Below are positions 1 to 12,629 of a stretch of 64,000 nucleotides of DNA, in pieces (position 1 is the stretch's first letter; every line of letters starts with the position of its first letter). Below the pieces are notes generated by a model. That model ran no database searches. It saw only the letters and a program-made list of their open reading frames with translations, and was not told the origin of the DNA. This DNA comes from the human T2T-CHM13v2.0 reference genome, Homo sapiens. The stretch lies in the NCBI RefSeq assembly GCF_009914755.1, contig NC_060927.1; one strand, written 5' to 3'. The position numbers and the translations under genes were made by a program.

Positions 1-1669
1 TTCATTAAAGAGTTTATAGGTACATTAGCAGGCAAAAGAACACTTCTTTCCAACAAACAGCTCTCAGAAGTCATAAACAGAAACTCCTAATATCTGGACA
101 CCCACCAGAATAGCAATCGCACTCCCCAAATGTACCAAAATAAAATCAGCAGCCCCCATGTGCATACAGAAGAAGGCAGGATAAATCATAATGGCTGAGT
201 TAGTATCCCTTTAACCCAGAGACCAAGATTTACACACTACAACTCCGTTAGCTTTATTGTCTCTGCTGAACAAGGCTGGCTGGGAAAAACTTAATTTTAA
301 GTATTTTATTACCTGCTAGTTTTAAACAGTCTCTTTCAGGTTAGCTCAGTTTCTTTTGGATACATAATCAGTCAGATTAATAAATGAAATTCACTTTATG
401 TATGTTTATTTCCTCTCGAAAGTCTTCCCTGTCCTTCCTCAAAATCCTGGGTGGCATTAAACAAAGAAAAAAGCTTTCGTGTACTCTCAGTGTTGGAGGA
501 AAGAATGCTGGAGTGAGCTGTAGCTGGACTGTTACCTGGGCTCTTCTTGGCCTTCATTGAGTTTAATTCTTGTCCGGCCTGGTCACTGAGCCTCTTTCTG
601 TATATGTCTCTCAAATTCACAGCTGATGAATGTGTTCTTCCCACCTAGGCTTTCCTTCCTACTTCCTCTTTCCTGTCCCATAACTTGGTCTAATTTCACT
701 ACCTTTGGGTCTGAGCCATGATGATGTTAAACTAGTTTCCATCCCCCTTATTTCAGCTCTGAGGAAGACCTTAAAAACTTCCCTAGCACACCCATGGCAG
801 GCCCTTCTTGGTTCTTAAATTTCAACTACTATTTATTGTGCCTAAGAGATCCCAGAAACTTTTAGATCTTTCTTATATTATCCCAATCATCCCAATCTTT
901 GCAGCACTGTGGTGGGATCTCGGGAGGTAGGTCAGTCTAATGGGTCACTTTCTGTCTGACTATGTGATGTGGCCATTTGTATTCTTCTGCAGCTGCTCCA
1001 GGTCAGAAGGTTGCATATTGCTAGTTGCATTCCCCCAGAGCTATAGGTGGAAAGCTGCTTATGGCATCCCATATCAATATATCTTGTGTTTTTATTACTC
1101 CCCCTGAGGATTGGCTACCAAAGTTTGGATAAAGGTTGATGAAAAATAAGAATCCAAGTTTCTTATCACCTGGAAGCATTCTCTGTTTCCCCCTTAAATG
1201 AGAACTTACAGTATATTCTATCCTGAGTTTCCTCTACCCATGGCATATAGAAAAACCTCATAGATCTAGTCACCAGGCCTGTCTCTTGATATGGAAAGGA
1301 AGTTTTTGCAATTTACATATATTTTTCTCTTTTTGACAATGCCTGACTGTCAAAACTATTTTCATGTTATGGACTCAAAATAAATCTAATTTGACAGTCA
1401 ACATGTATAAGGATTTTGTTATTGTAGATGATGCCTGTTCTTTCTCTCAGGTGCTGAAACCCATTAGAGTGGGGGGTGGATGCCTAGGATACTGTGATTT
1501 AAGATGAATGAAAAATATAAAAAATATACCAGTTTAACATGTTCAAAAATATGATACCTAAAAAAACTCTAATTCCATCCATCATGATTTCCAACTTTGG
1601 TGGGTTTGTGGGTGTTGTTATTCTTCATCTTCTCTGAGCCAAAGAATCCTTCTCTGGCATCCTAAGTAA

Positions 1670-1825
1670 TCTGTTTATTTATTGACTTTGTTACTTACTG
1701 TCTCACTTCCTCAATTAGAAGATGAGGTCCACAGGCAGGGCTCTTAGTCTATTATATTCCCGGAGGTATCTCCAGTTCCTGGAACACAGTAGGGACTTGT
1801 AACTATCTGTTAAATGAAGGAATAA
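1670..1825 (+). mobile_element. L2 3' end fragment
   Basis: gaggtccacaggcagggctcttagtct...tatctccagttcctggaacacagtaggg...tgttaaatgaagg resembles the L2 3' terminus. Confidence 0.7.
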
Positions 1826-1904
1826 AAGAAACAGACTTTCCTATGTGCATTTTATGACAAATATTAAGAAAGTCAGATTTTGTTTGTATCTGAGAAAGTG
1901 AATT

Positions 1905-2000
1905 GTTAATAATATTTGCTGAAGAATGCTTAGAAAGTATCAGTTAGGTGCTGAGGTTACAGTAGGGAACAGACATACTGAGCCAGTTCTCATGGAAGGA
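1905..2000 (-). mobile_element. L2 fragment
   Basis: taggtgctgaggttacagtagggaacagaca...ctcatggaag resembles the antisense L2 3' region. Confidence 0.5.
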
Positions 2001-2019
2001 TAGAAGGAGAGAGATCAAT

Positions 2020-2160
2020 TTTTCTAATCCTAGCTCTGGCAAGTTATTTAACCCCCATGAGCCTCAGTATTCTCAAGTGTAAAATAGAGATATGGCCACC
2101 TACCCTACAGTGTTGTACTTATATCACAAGTACTGAGTGGATGTTAGTGTTCTTGCTGCT
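2020..2160 (+). mobile_element. MIR fragment
   Basis: aatcctagctctggcaagttatttaacc...gagcctcagtattctcaagtgtaaaatagagat is the MIR core. Confidence 0.75.
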
Positions 2161-3054
2161 TCACTATCACAGGTGTTAACCTATAGGGTGATGTGAAAAG
2201 TCAGAGAAGAGAAGGGAGAAAAAAGAAATTGAACACAAACTTGGTCCTCTATCATAACTGGAAGTTGCTTTAGCTCCTGTTGGTCATTTTTCTCTGATTA
2301 ACAAGGAGTCATCTTGTAGAATAACTGTTGGTAGTTCCAGAGAATTACTCCTATGGCAGACTGTACAAGGTCACCCATCATGGAAATGGCCTGTGACCCT
2401 CTCAGAGGCCCTTAAGTGGCTTGGTTTCAGGCAGGTAGCATTCTGGTTCTTTGTCTTCCAGCCAGAGAGATCTGATTGGCTGTTTTCCAAAGTGGGTTTA
2501 CAGCTCCCTGGACACTCCTGTTCTTCCCACGTTTGATATAGCTCTTAGGTTCTAACCTCTGCCACTTACAAGTTCTCTCATTTCTGACATCCCATGAGAT
2601 GCAATCCTTTGATCTTGATATCAGTTGAAATGGAAATATCTCTGAGTTTCATTTAAGTGGTGTCATTTTAAAAAACAGTTTTTATCAATTCAAAGAATGC
2701 TATTTGGAAATATTTTTGCAAAGAGATACCCTTGCTTCGTGCTATTCAAGCCTGTAGGCACTCAGACATAAAAAGCTTTCTATGCTGGTCCTGGAATATT
2801 GGGTTTTAATGTAATAGGTTTAATGTCTTATTGTTAAAATCAGGACCCACTTTCCATGGTGTTATGTCTTTATGCTGCAGAGTTTTCACCCAAAAATTCT
2901 CATGATAGCCCTCACAGATTTTAAGGAATATTTAGCTTCCCAAAATATGGGCTGAGGAAATATTTGTAAGACATGGTCCTCACCCTTAATCAGATTATCT
3001 GGTGATGATAATGATGATGGTGGTGATGATAGTGATGATAATAAAAGTAACAAC

Positions 3055-3840
3055 ACTACTAATTCGTAACATTTATTGAGCACTTACTTACTGTGTCATC
3101 TCAGACACTGTGTTAAGCACTTTCCATGCATTAATTAGTTAATTTTAAGGAAGTATGTTTAACTTTACTTGTTTATTTTTATTGATACATAATATTTGTG
3201 TATATTTATTGGGTACACATAATATTTTGTTACATGCATAGAATGTGTCATGATCAAGTCATGGTAGATAGGCTATCCATCACCAGAAGCATTTATCATT
3301 TCTATGTGTCGGGAACATTTCAAAACCTCTATTCTAGCTATTTTGAGATATGCAATACATTGTTTTTAACTGTTCTATCTAACTGTGTTTGTACCCATTA
3401 ACCAACTTCTTTTCATTCTCCCCCTCCCACTCACACACACTTTCCATTCTACTGTCATTCTACTCTCTATCATTCTACCCTCTACCTCCTTGAGATTAAA
3501 TTTTTTAGCTCTCACATATGAGTGAGAACATGCAATATTTGTCTTTCTGTGCCTGGCTTGTTTTACTTAACATAATGATCTCCAGTTCCATTCCCATTGC
3601 TTCACATGACAAGATTTCATTCTTTTTTATGGTCAAATAGTATTCCATTGTACATATGTACCACATTTTCTTTATTCATTCATCCATTGGTGGACACTTA
3701 GGTTATTCCATATCTTTGCCATCCACATATTAATTAATTTAATCCTGGCAAAATTGCCCATGAATGAATGTTCTCATTTTACAGATCAGGAAACTGGTGT
3801 CAGAGAGGCTAAATGACTTGCCAAGATAGTAGAGCTGACT
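3055..3840 (-). mobile_element. MIR interrupted by an L1MA insertion (pieces ~3055-3145 and ~3730-3840)
   Basis: taacatttattgagcacttac...gtgttaagcactttccatgcatt on the left; cattttacagatcaggaaactgg...agagaggctaaatgacttgccaag on the right. Confidence 0.75.
3165..3728 (-). mobile_element. L1MA-type 3' end, 5'-truncated
   Basis: tttttattgatacataatatttgt...ttttttagctctcacatatgagtgagaacatgcaatatttgtctttctgtgcctggct is the antisense L1MA 3'UTR. Confidence 0.85.
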
Positions 3841-3854
3841 TCAGAGAATTTCCT

Positions 3855-3995
3855 TTATTAAGAATGCTTTGGATACATCATCTTATTTTGTTCTTTCAAC
3901 AATCCTGTAAGGTAGGAGCATTAGCTACATTTTTCCAGCTGGGGAAACTAAGGCTTGGAGAAGTTAGTTAACTTCTCCAAAGTCAGACAGCTTGT
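3855..3995 (-). mobile_element. MIR
   Basis: caacaatcctgtaaggtagg...ggggaaactaaggcttggagaagttagttaacttctccaaagtcagacagc. Confidence 0.8.
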
Positions 3996-4929
3996 ATTCA
4001 CAGCCAAGCTGGGATATAGGACAACAAAGCCTGTACTCTTAAATTACAGGCTAAGTTAACACCTATTATAGAGGCATGTTGTCTAACAAGAAAGACATTG
4101 TCATTAACATGGAGTATGTCTAGATAATACACAAATACACATGCACACACACCCTGCACCTTAAGAGAATTAGAATCGCAAAGCACTTTTATATAGCTTA
4201 GAAGTGAGAGTTTGGGAAAGTTATTCTCAGAGGTAATGGTGGAAAGCAATCAGATAGATTGGAGAGTTTTTGAAAACACCTAATTACAATCCAGCAGGTG
4301 TATACCCCTAGGCACCTTCAGCAGGTAAAATGGTATCTGGGGCCTGATTGAATATTTCTTTCACTAGGTGTTCCTTTCTGTCTACATTGTGCTTCTGTGA
4401 GCTGAGAGATTTAATAACAGATGCTCTGGGATGATTCCTAAGCAAAAGAATTGTCTTTTGTCACTGTAGATGCATTTTCCGACCTTGTGTTCACCATGAA
4501 TATATCATAAGAGAAATGATCGCCTGACACACAAGCAATGGGAAGTGTAACCTGGGGTTGGGTTTCACTTGATTGTAATTACAGAATCTCAGCTTCATTA
4601 ACATACGTTTTTATACATGAAACTTTTTTTCTCATAGTAGCCCTTATTTGAAATGAACACCTTTCAGCTTCAAGGCCACAACAATTATGTTCAGGTTGAA
4701 GAGCAGTTTGTTTCTACTTATGTGAGAGTAAACAAAACAAGTTATTGTCTCTGTTTTCCTTCCCCATTTGTGTTTGGTTCTGTGTTTGCTGCACGGCACA
4801 CCAATACTAAACACTTCTCATTTGTCCTAAAGTGAGCATTGGATGAAATGGCTCTATGTATAATATGGGTTTGTATTCTGTTGTCTCAAAGCAGTTACTT
4901 AGTGTTTTGAATCCATGTCGATTTAATGA

Positions 4930-5100
4930 TCTTATTCATTCAATAAGATATGAGAGGAAGGAAGGCAAACATGTCCCCTGCCTGTATGTGGCTTATAGTC
5001 TGGCAGAGGGGTAAGGCAGGATATTTTGTCTATCTTGTTCACTGCTATGCCCAGTGCGTGCCTGGGACTTAGTGCTCAATAAATACTTGTTGAATGAGTG
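4930..5100. mobile_element. Two L2 3' fragments in opposite orientation (- ~4930-5008, + ~5012-5100)
   Basis: The + piece ggcaggatattttgtctatcttgttcactgct...gtgctcaataaatacttgttgaatgagtg is a typical L2 end. Confidence 0.65.
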
Positions 5101-5274
5101 TATGCACAATAAAATAGATTAAGAGCTATGAAAGAAGGATTACTAGAGGACCATGGAAATGTACAGTGCTGGACTGATTTCCTGCAGGGAAGGGAATAAA
5201 GAGTTGAGGCAGATGCTCTCAGAAAGAGAATTCCCACAGCATGGCACAATAAAATATGGCCCCCATTGTCACGT

Positions 5275-5440
5275 AAATGAGAGTATAGATCCTACTTCCA
5301 CATTTGCCAGGCCTGAAAGTGTTGACAGGTTATTCCTCCCAAGCCTCAGGTTTCTCAATTGTGAAATAGAAAATTATGCATATGATGCTCTTGTTAGTGA
5401 CCAGCACATGATGGACAGTCAATACCTGTAGCTACTGTTG
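5275..5440 (+). mobile_element. MIR (degenerate)
   Basis: aagcctcaggtttctcaattgtgaaatagaaa core; cagcacatgatggacagtcaata tail. Confidence 0.6.
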
Positions 5441-5854
5441 ACTGCAAAGAACCTGTTGTGGTCTCACTGTGCAGAATTATGTTATTCCTTTCAAATGAAA
5501 CTTGCAGTAGATTCAGTGTTTTAACAGAATCGTGATGGAAGTCAATAATTGAATGCATCAAATGGGGGAAAAAAAGCACAACCTCTCAACTCGAGATATT
5601 TTAAGGTGTGACTGTTTTTTTTTAAATGTTTCTGTTACATGCATCTAAATGACTGGTGTCTTCTTAAGAAGAGCAGAATTTTCTATTATGCTGTGCCACT
5701 TCTGTCTTTTGATTTGGGGGAAGTTGCTAGATCTCCCAGAGGTTCAGTTTCCAATACCATAAAATGGAAAGAATAAAAGTAAATATATAAAGGCATTAAC
5801 TTCTATATCTTAGTGAGTTTTTACTAGGCCTGTGTCTGCCTAGGATCTTCTTTT

Positions 5855-6044
5855 TTGATTCATCTATTCACCAAATATTTAGTGGCCTCTGGTGATATGC
5901 AATGCATTGTGCCAGTCAAATGATGAGATATCTGCTTGGAGGAGCAAAAGATAGGGTGGTGGGCAGAGACGGACTTATGCAAATTATTCCAATGAAGGGT
6001 AGTAAGTGCTATGGTAGAGGGAGATACGAATGCTATGAGCATAT
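5855..6044 (-). mobile_element. L2 fragment (target of the adjacent L1)
   Basis: attcatctattcaccaaatatttagtggcc...tgcattgtgccag...gtaagtgctatggtagagg. Confidence 0.6.
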
Positions 6045-7541
6045 TACTAATAGCCAAAGCAATCCTAAGCAAAAAGAACAAGGAGGTATCACATTACCCA
6101 ACTTCAAACTATACTACAATGTTGCAGTAACTGGTACAACATGGTACGGGTACAAAAACAGATGTATAGACCAATGGAACAGAATACAGAACACAGAAAT
6201 AAAGCTGCACACCTACAACCATCTGATCTTCAACAAAGCAGACAAAAATAAGCCCTGGAGAAAATGACTGCCTATTCAATAGATGGTGCTGGGGTAGCTG
6301 GCAAACCTCATGCAGAGGGATAAAACTGAACTCCTACTTCTCACCATATACAAAAATTAACCCAAGATGAATTAAAGACTTAAATTTAGGACCTCAAACT
6401 GTAAAAATCTTATAAGAAAACTTAGGAAATAGCATTCTGGATATCAATCTTGGGAAAGAATTTACGACTAAGTTCTCAAAAGCAATTGTAGCAAAAACAA
6501 AAATTGACAAGTGGGACTCAATTAAACTAAAGAGCTTCTGCACAGCAAAAGAAAATATCAATAGAGTAAACAGATAACCTACAAAAGGGGATAAAGTATT
6601 CACAAACTATGAATCTGAGGAAGGTCTAATATCCAGAATCTATCAGGAACTTAATTCAATAAGCAAAACCAAAATGACCCCGTTTAAAAGTGGGAAAAGG
6701 ACATGAACAGACACTTCTCAAAAGAAGACATACAAATTGTCAACAAATATATGAAAAAAATGCTCAATATCACTAATCGTCAGAAAAATGTGAATCAAAA
6801 TCACAATAAGCTACCATCTCACACCAGTCAGAATGGCTATTATTAAAAAGTCAAAGACAACAGGTGCTGGTGAGTCTGTGGAGAACACTTATACACTCTT
6901 GGTGGGAAAATGAATTTGTTCAGCCACAGTGGAATGCTGTTTGGCAATTTCTCAAAGAACTAAAAACAGAACTACCATTCAACCCAACAATCCCATTACT
7001 AGGTATAGACCCAAAGGAAGATAAATTGTTCCATGAAAAAGACACATGCACTTGTATGTTCATTGCAGCACTATTCATAATAGCAAAGACATATAATCAA
7101 CATAGGTACCCATCAAGAATGGATTGGACAAAGAAAATTTGGTACATACACACCATGGAATACTACACAGCCATAAAAAAGAATGAAACCATGCCCTTTG
7201 CAGCAACATACATGCAGCTGGAGGCCACTGTCCTTAGCAAAATTAACACAGAAACAGAAAAGCAAATATCACATATTTTCACCTATAAGTGGGAGCTAAA
7301 CATTAGGTACACATGGACATAAAGGTGGAAATAATAGACACTGGGGACAACTAGAAAGGGGAGGGAGGGAGAGGGACAAGGGCTGAAAATCTACCTATTG
7401 AGTAATATGCTTACTATCTAGATGATGGGATCAATCATACCCAAACCTCAGCATCACTCAATATACCCAGGAAACAAACCTTCACGTACAATCCCTGAAT
7501 ATAAAATAAAAATTGAATTAAAAAAGCAAAAAAACCCAAAA
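6045..7541 (+). mobile_element. 5'-truncated L1 (old L1PA, approx. L1PA15/16): end of ORF2 plus 3'UTR and A-tail
   Basis: ORF track gives ORF2 C-terminal peptides ([12 protein letters not shown]...IDQWNRI; ELPFNPTIPLLGI...KKIWYIHTMEYYTAIKKNE). AATAAA at ~7505. Degenerate TSD gctatgagcatat 6032-6044 / gctatgaacatgt 7542-7554. Confidence 0.93.
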
Positions 7542-7559
7542 GCTATGAACATGTAGAAA

Positions 7560-7817
7560 GGTCAGGCACAGTGGTTCATGCCTGTAATCCCAGCACTTAG
7601 GGAGGCTGAGGCATGCAGATCATTTGAGGTTAGGAGTTCAAGACCAGCCTGGCCAACATGGTGAAACCCTGTCTCTACTAAAAATACAAAAATTAGCCGG
7701 GCATGGTGACAGGGCCTGTAATGCTGGCTACTTGGGAGGCTGAGGCAGGGCAATTGCTTGAACTTGAGAGGTGGAGGTTGCAATGGGCCAAGAGCACTCC
7801 AGCCTGGGCAACAGAGG
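7560..7817 (+). mobile_element. AluS (Sx/Sz-like), lacking its A-tail
   Basis: Dimeric Alu with tactaaaaatacaaaaattagc linker and accagcctggccaacatgg; ends abruptly at gggcaacagag. Confidence 0.93.
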
Positions 7818-8059
7818 GTGTTGGTTTAGCATGGGACTGTCATGGCCACCAGATTGGTCTTTTGCTTTCTGAATCTCATTTCCAAATTTAGTGTCTGATA
7901 CTGCTTGTCAATACGTCTTTCATGCATGTTTAGACTCCACTCAGCTCAATTCCATTCTAAGCATTCTTTTGTCATTTATCATTCAATGATTCCAGCTATC
8001 TATTGACCCAATATAAATCTATTAATCAATAAAGGCATATTTCCTGATATCTCTTTCAA

Positions 8060-8250
8060 TAATTCAATAAAGGGATATTTTTTGAACATACCTTGTGTTT
8101 CAGATACTCTGCTCTGAAATCAGGAATGAATGAGATTTCATCCCTCTTCTTAAGAATCCTCCAGCCTAGGAAATGATGTAGGAAAGATACCCATTACGAT
8201 AGCACAAGACAAAACGTGATATAGCCATCAGCAGGAACAAAAGGTGGGAA
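8060..8250 (-). mobile_element. L2 fragment
   Basis: attcaataaa...tatttttgaacatacc...aatgagatttcatccctcttcttaagaatcctccagcctag. Confidence 0.5.
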
Positions 8251-8361
8251 AACAATATATGTTGGCACACCTAGCCAGCATCACATGTTTAGTTACCTGT
8301 TCATTCACTTTAGCCACTAGAGGTTTAGACACCTGTTTTGTTTTGTTTTGGTGGGAGGTTG

Positions 8362-8545
8362 ATTTTATTTAATTTTTATTTTAAGTTCAAGAGTACATGT
8401 GCAGGTTTGTTACATAGGTAAACTTGTGTCATGGGGGTTTGTAGTAGAGAATATTTCATCACCCAGGTATTGAGCCTAGTACCCATTAGTTATTTTTCCT
8501 GATCATCTCCTTCTTCCCACCCTCCATCCTCTGATACGGACCCCT
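8362..8545 (-). mobile_element. Short L1PA 3' end (approx. L1PA11-15)
   Basis: tttattttaagttcaagagtacatgtgcaggtttgttacataggtaaacttgtgtcatggggg...tttcatcacccaggtattgagcctagtaccc. Confidence 0.85.
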
Positions 8546-8620
8546 ATTTTAGATATGGGAAATAGGAGAGGTCAGGCCCTCAAGGTAGGTGTGATTTCAA
8601 AGGCTTGAAGGTGTGATTTC

Positions 8621-8899
8621 TTTTTTTATTTTTATTTTTATTTTATATTATATTTTTAAAATTTTATTATTATTAAACTTTAAGTTTTAGGGTACATGTG
8701 CACAACGTGCAGGCTTGTTACATATGTATACATGTGCCATGTTGGTGTGCTGCACTCATTAACTCATCATTTAGCATTAGGAACCAACCCAAATGTCCAA
8801 CAATGATAGACTGGATTAAGAAAATGTGGCACACATATACCATGGAATACTATGCAGCCATAAAAAATGATGAGTTCATGTCCTTTGTAGGGACATGGA
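8621..8899 (-). mobile_element. Young L1PA (approx. L1PA3-5), 5'-truncated with 5' inversion
   Basis: Antisense tail and 3'UTR at 8621-8781 are joined to a sense-oriented ORF2-end segment at 8782-8903. 15-bp TSD tgaaggtgtgatttc 8606-8620 / tgaaggtgtaatttc 8900-8914. Confidence 0.92.
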
Positions 8900-10129
8900 T
8901 GAAGGTGTAATTTCAAAGGCTTTGAATGACAAGTCAAAAGGTTATTCAGTAGGAATAGCCTTCCATGTTTTGAAGAGGAAAAAGGAGCACACAAGCAGTA
9001 CTAAAAAGCAATACTTCCCATGTCTTGTGAGAAGACTGAGGCTGAGAAATGCAATGGAGAACTGAGACCATTGCTAGGTTCTATTGGAGACGGTTTCTCT
9101 TGGGAAGACTTCAGGTATTTTAGAGTGGAGTCATGTCATGGAGTGCTCTCCAAAAACTGGCAAATTCCTCCTATATCCAAGCAGAAATTTTCTTTACTTT
9201 TGGACAACTCCTGATGCTTATGTGACCAGTTACTCCTTAAGCATATTTTTTGAGACCCAGATTAACACAGATCTCAAAGTGGATGGTTCCAGATAGAGAA
9301 AATTGCATGAAGAATGCTAAGTAGGTCTAGATTCTTCAAGGTGCGGTAGGGTCAGACCAATTTTTTAATCAAGTGTCTTGTCAAAAATAAAAATGCATTA
9401 CAGATTTTGTTTCATTTTTTACAAGAATAAAGGTGAAGGTGTTAGAGTAGCTGATACCTTTTTGACATTTTGACTCTGGAAGTTATTATGCCTTTAGATT
9501 CAGTGGAAATGCTTCCTTTATTTCCTCTTATGCTAATTCATTTTAGGTAGAAACGTCAATGTTGGCCTAATATGTGAGGCTGATGGCATCTCTTAACGTT
9601 TAAAAGTCTGTTAACTCTCCTACTATGAAAGTTCTAAAACCCCTGTCCAATTCTTTAAATACTCTGATTAAGATTTAAAAGGCTACTTTTTTACTACCAT
9701 TTAATTATCTACTTCCCAGGTAACTGTGATATTACAATTTTGCAACATCCTGTAGCTCTTTGTCCAACCATTCAATTATGTATATAGCAAGATTTTTACC
9801 CTACCATAATTAATAGGGGAACCAAGTAGAAACATTAATGTGAATTAACCGTTAAAATGCACAGAAGGCTGGCTCTCATATTTTTTCCCATACTGAATTC
9901 CTGGAGTTTTACCCAGGGGTGAGGCTCGGATCAGCACTCCTATAAAAAATTGTCAAACTTGCTGTTATATACTATGATTATTATAAGTTTATTGGTACAT
10001 TTCTAAGTAGATAGGAAAAAGATGCCTGAACTTGCAGGTTATCTCTGCTTTTAACTTGTTTTTACCATTGGCCAGGAGGCAAGTTATATAACCTCTTGGA
10101 TTCTTAGATTTCTCTTCAATTAGTTACAG

Positions 10130-10592
10130 TCTGTACCACCTTTAGACCAGGCCAACTAGCCCTGGCACAAGGTCTTGGGCTTAAGGGTCCAGCTCTGGCT
10201 TTCTTATGGTTGTGCTCCTATGAACTAAGAATGCTTGGGCCAAGGGCTGTGTCCATCCAGAACCAGTGTCCTCCTACCCAAATCATGTTCTGGGTACTGG
10301 AGACCCTAGGATTCTCAGCATAAGTGGCCCTGAATCTGTTTCCAGTTTCTTTCTTCCCTGAGTTTATTCTCTTAAGGTCAGAGAAGAATGCTGGGTGTGT
10401 GCATGCATGCATGGAGTGACCAAGGACTATGCATTACCCAAGTTTGGAGATAAAGGGCTCTGGTGTCCAAAGTCATGTGTTCTGTTCCCTGCAGTGCAGG
10501 CTGGAGCCAGAGGTGAGGATGAGGGGAAGTGGGTTCAGAAGTTTCAATTTGTACTCTTGCTTCAGGCCCTGCAAGTGTTGAGGCAGATTTGG
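10130..10592 (+). mobile_element. Probable hAT-Tip100 element (MER45-like)
   Basis: Right end tactcttgcttcaggccctgcaagtgttgaggcagatttg resembles the remembered MER45-family terminus; left boundary uncertain. Confidence 0.4.
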
Positions 10593-11024
10593 TTAGAACT
10601 GTTAATTCCCACCTTTTAGGAGAAAGTGCAGGGGAATTAGCTGCAGGCTGCAGGAAGGGCTGACCCAACATATTTGAGGAGGAAGTGTTGTATGGTAATT
10701 GTGGTTAAAGGTTTCCTTGTTTTTAAACATGCTTATTAATTATATGTCACAGTAATTCCAGCCTTAGCTGTTCATTCCTAAGTTCAGACACTAAATTTTT
10801 GTTAAAATATGAATAATTATTAAAGGGGAAAATACATCTTTATTATTCAGCAGAATCAATTAACATATTTGCATGCATTTGTTTTATTAGCCAGTCACCT
10901 AGAAAAGCTCAGAGGAAAAGCCACAAGATTAGTATAATTCACTCATGTTGAATTAATAAGTGTCTGGAAGAGTATCAGAATTCCCTGAATCTGCTAAGCT
11001 TTTAAGCTTTAGCACGCTAATTGT

Positions 11025-11070
11025 CATCACCACCGCTACTACCATCACCACCACCACCATCATCATCATC
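11025..11070 (+). repeat. (CAC/CAT)n imperfect trinucleotide repeat
   Basis: catcaccaccgctactaccatcaccaccaccaccatcatcatcatc. Confidence 0.85.
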
Positions 11071-11084
11071 AAAATAATTAAATA

Positions 11085-11310
11085 CCAGTAGCTAATACTC
11101 ACTGAGCATTTGTTATGTGCCAGGCTCTGTCCTAAACACCTTACATGAATCATAACCTTCAGTTCTCATTGAACCTATGAAGTGGGTACTTTTATTACCT
11201 CATCACACAGATGATAAAACATGATGCACAGAGAATACAAATGATTTTCTCGAATCTCAGAGTTCCTACCTATGAAGGTAGCATCAGGATTTGAACCCAG
11301 GTCTTCAGAC
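11085..11310 (-). mobile_element. MIR, near full length
   Basis: gctaatactcactgagcatttgttatgtgccaggc...cctatgaagtgggtact...ggatttgaacccaggtct. Confidence 0.85.
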
Positions 11311-11954
11311 AGCTTCTTCCCATTGACTTAAGTTTCCCACTTTATTTGCATGTGTCTTTCATCAGCCTGATTTACTGACTCATCCTTTATGTGTCTCCAG
11401 TGCATCACAGGAATTTAAAGTGTAATGTTAGATCATCTTGTGTATAATAATTAGTCTTTACTGCTCTTATTATAATAACTCTCACATTCTGTACTCATGG
11501 CTACTTTATACCAGTCTGATTCTGGTCATTAAGAGGCAGAGGGGATTAAAAAAACTCAGATTAATATGGGTCTATTGTGTTTATTTAGCTAACTACTAGG
11601 GTGATGAACTTAGATAAAATAATTACAAGGACAATTGTCTAAGAATTCTTACATCATTCAATTAAGTCTTTATTATCTTTTCAAGTGTATGATAAAATAT
11701 ATAAATTTTAAATGTGGAAAATATATGTAAAAATTGTAAAATATATTAACAGAAAAATTTATTACTTTTTATTTATATAAAAACAATATTTGATTACTTT
11801 TATTGTGGTTAAAAATATCACATTCCTAGAATATATATAGTCTGCTTTAAATGGAATATATTGTCATTAAATTTTATTTATTTTTAAACAAATTACATTC
11901 AAATGAATTTTCTCTTTTTTGAGGGAGTGGAACTAAAGATCTGTAACTCTAAAC

Positions 11955-12200
11955 CAGGAATTGGCAAACTATAGCCTAGAAGCCAACTCTGGCCCAGAGC
12001 CTTTTATAAAGTTTTATTTATAAATAAATAAATAAAGTTTTATTTGAAGATGACCAAGCTCATTTGTTTACACATTGTTTATGGCTGCTTTTGTACTATA
12101 ATAGCAGAGTTGAATAGTTGTGATAGAGACCTTAGGGCATGCAAAGACTGAAATATTTACTATCTATCCTTTGTGGGAAAAAGTAGTTTGTTGACCCCTC
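11955..12200 (+). mobile_element. MER58A (hAT-Charlie MITE)
   Basis: Termini caggaattggcaaact / agtttgttgacccctc. Perfect 8-bp TSD ctctaaac at 11947-11954 and 12201-12208. Confidence 0.9.
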
Positions 12201-12216
12201 CTCTAAACTATGTGTC

Positions 12217-12629
12217 TGTAGCAGTCTGCTTTTGCATTGCAATAAAAGAATACCTGAGACTGGGTAATTTATAAAGAAAAGAGGTTTATTTTGAGTCACG
12301 GTTCTGCAGGCTGTACAGGAAGCATGGTGCTGGCATCTGCATCTGGTTAAGGCCTCAGGAAGATTCCAGTCATGGTGGAAGCAAAGGGAGACCTGATGTA
12401 TCATATGGTGAGAGCAGGAGCAAGAGAGAGCAAGGAGGTGCCACACTCTTTTAAACAACCAGATCTCATGTGAATCTTCATAGGATGAGAACTCATTACT
12501 GTGAGAACAACACCAAGCCATTTATGAGGCATCTGCCCCAGGATCCAAATACCTCCCACCAGACTCCACCTCCAACATTGGGGATCACATTTCAACATGA
12601 GATTTGGAGGGGACATTCAAAATATATCA
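12217..12629 (-). mobile_element. MST (MSTB-like) MaLR solo LTR
   Basis: aaagaatacctgagactgggtaatttataaagaaaagaggttt...ggggatcacatttcaacatgagatttgg. 5-bp TSD gtgtc/gtatc. Confidence 0.92.

Noticed and set aside
1-1400. Possible very old LINE or other repeat remnant; 82-aa ORF at 396-644
   Set aside because: No family or protein motif could be identified with confidence by eye; needs a Dfam search.
5902-7322. 121-aa and 152-aa ORFs
   Set aside because: Broken L1 ORF2 C-terminal pieces.
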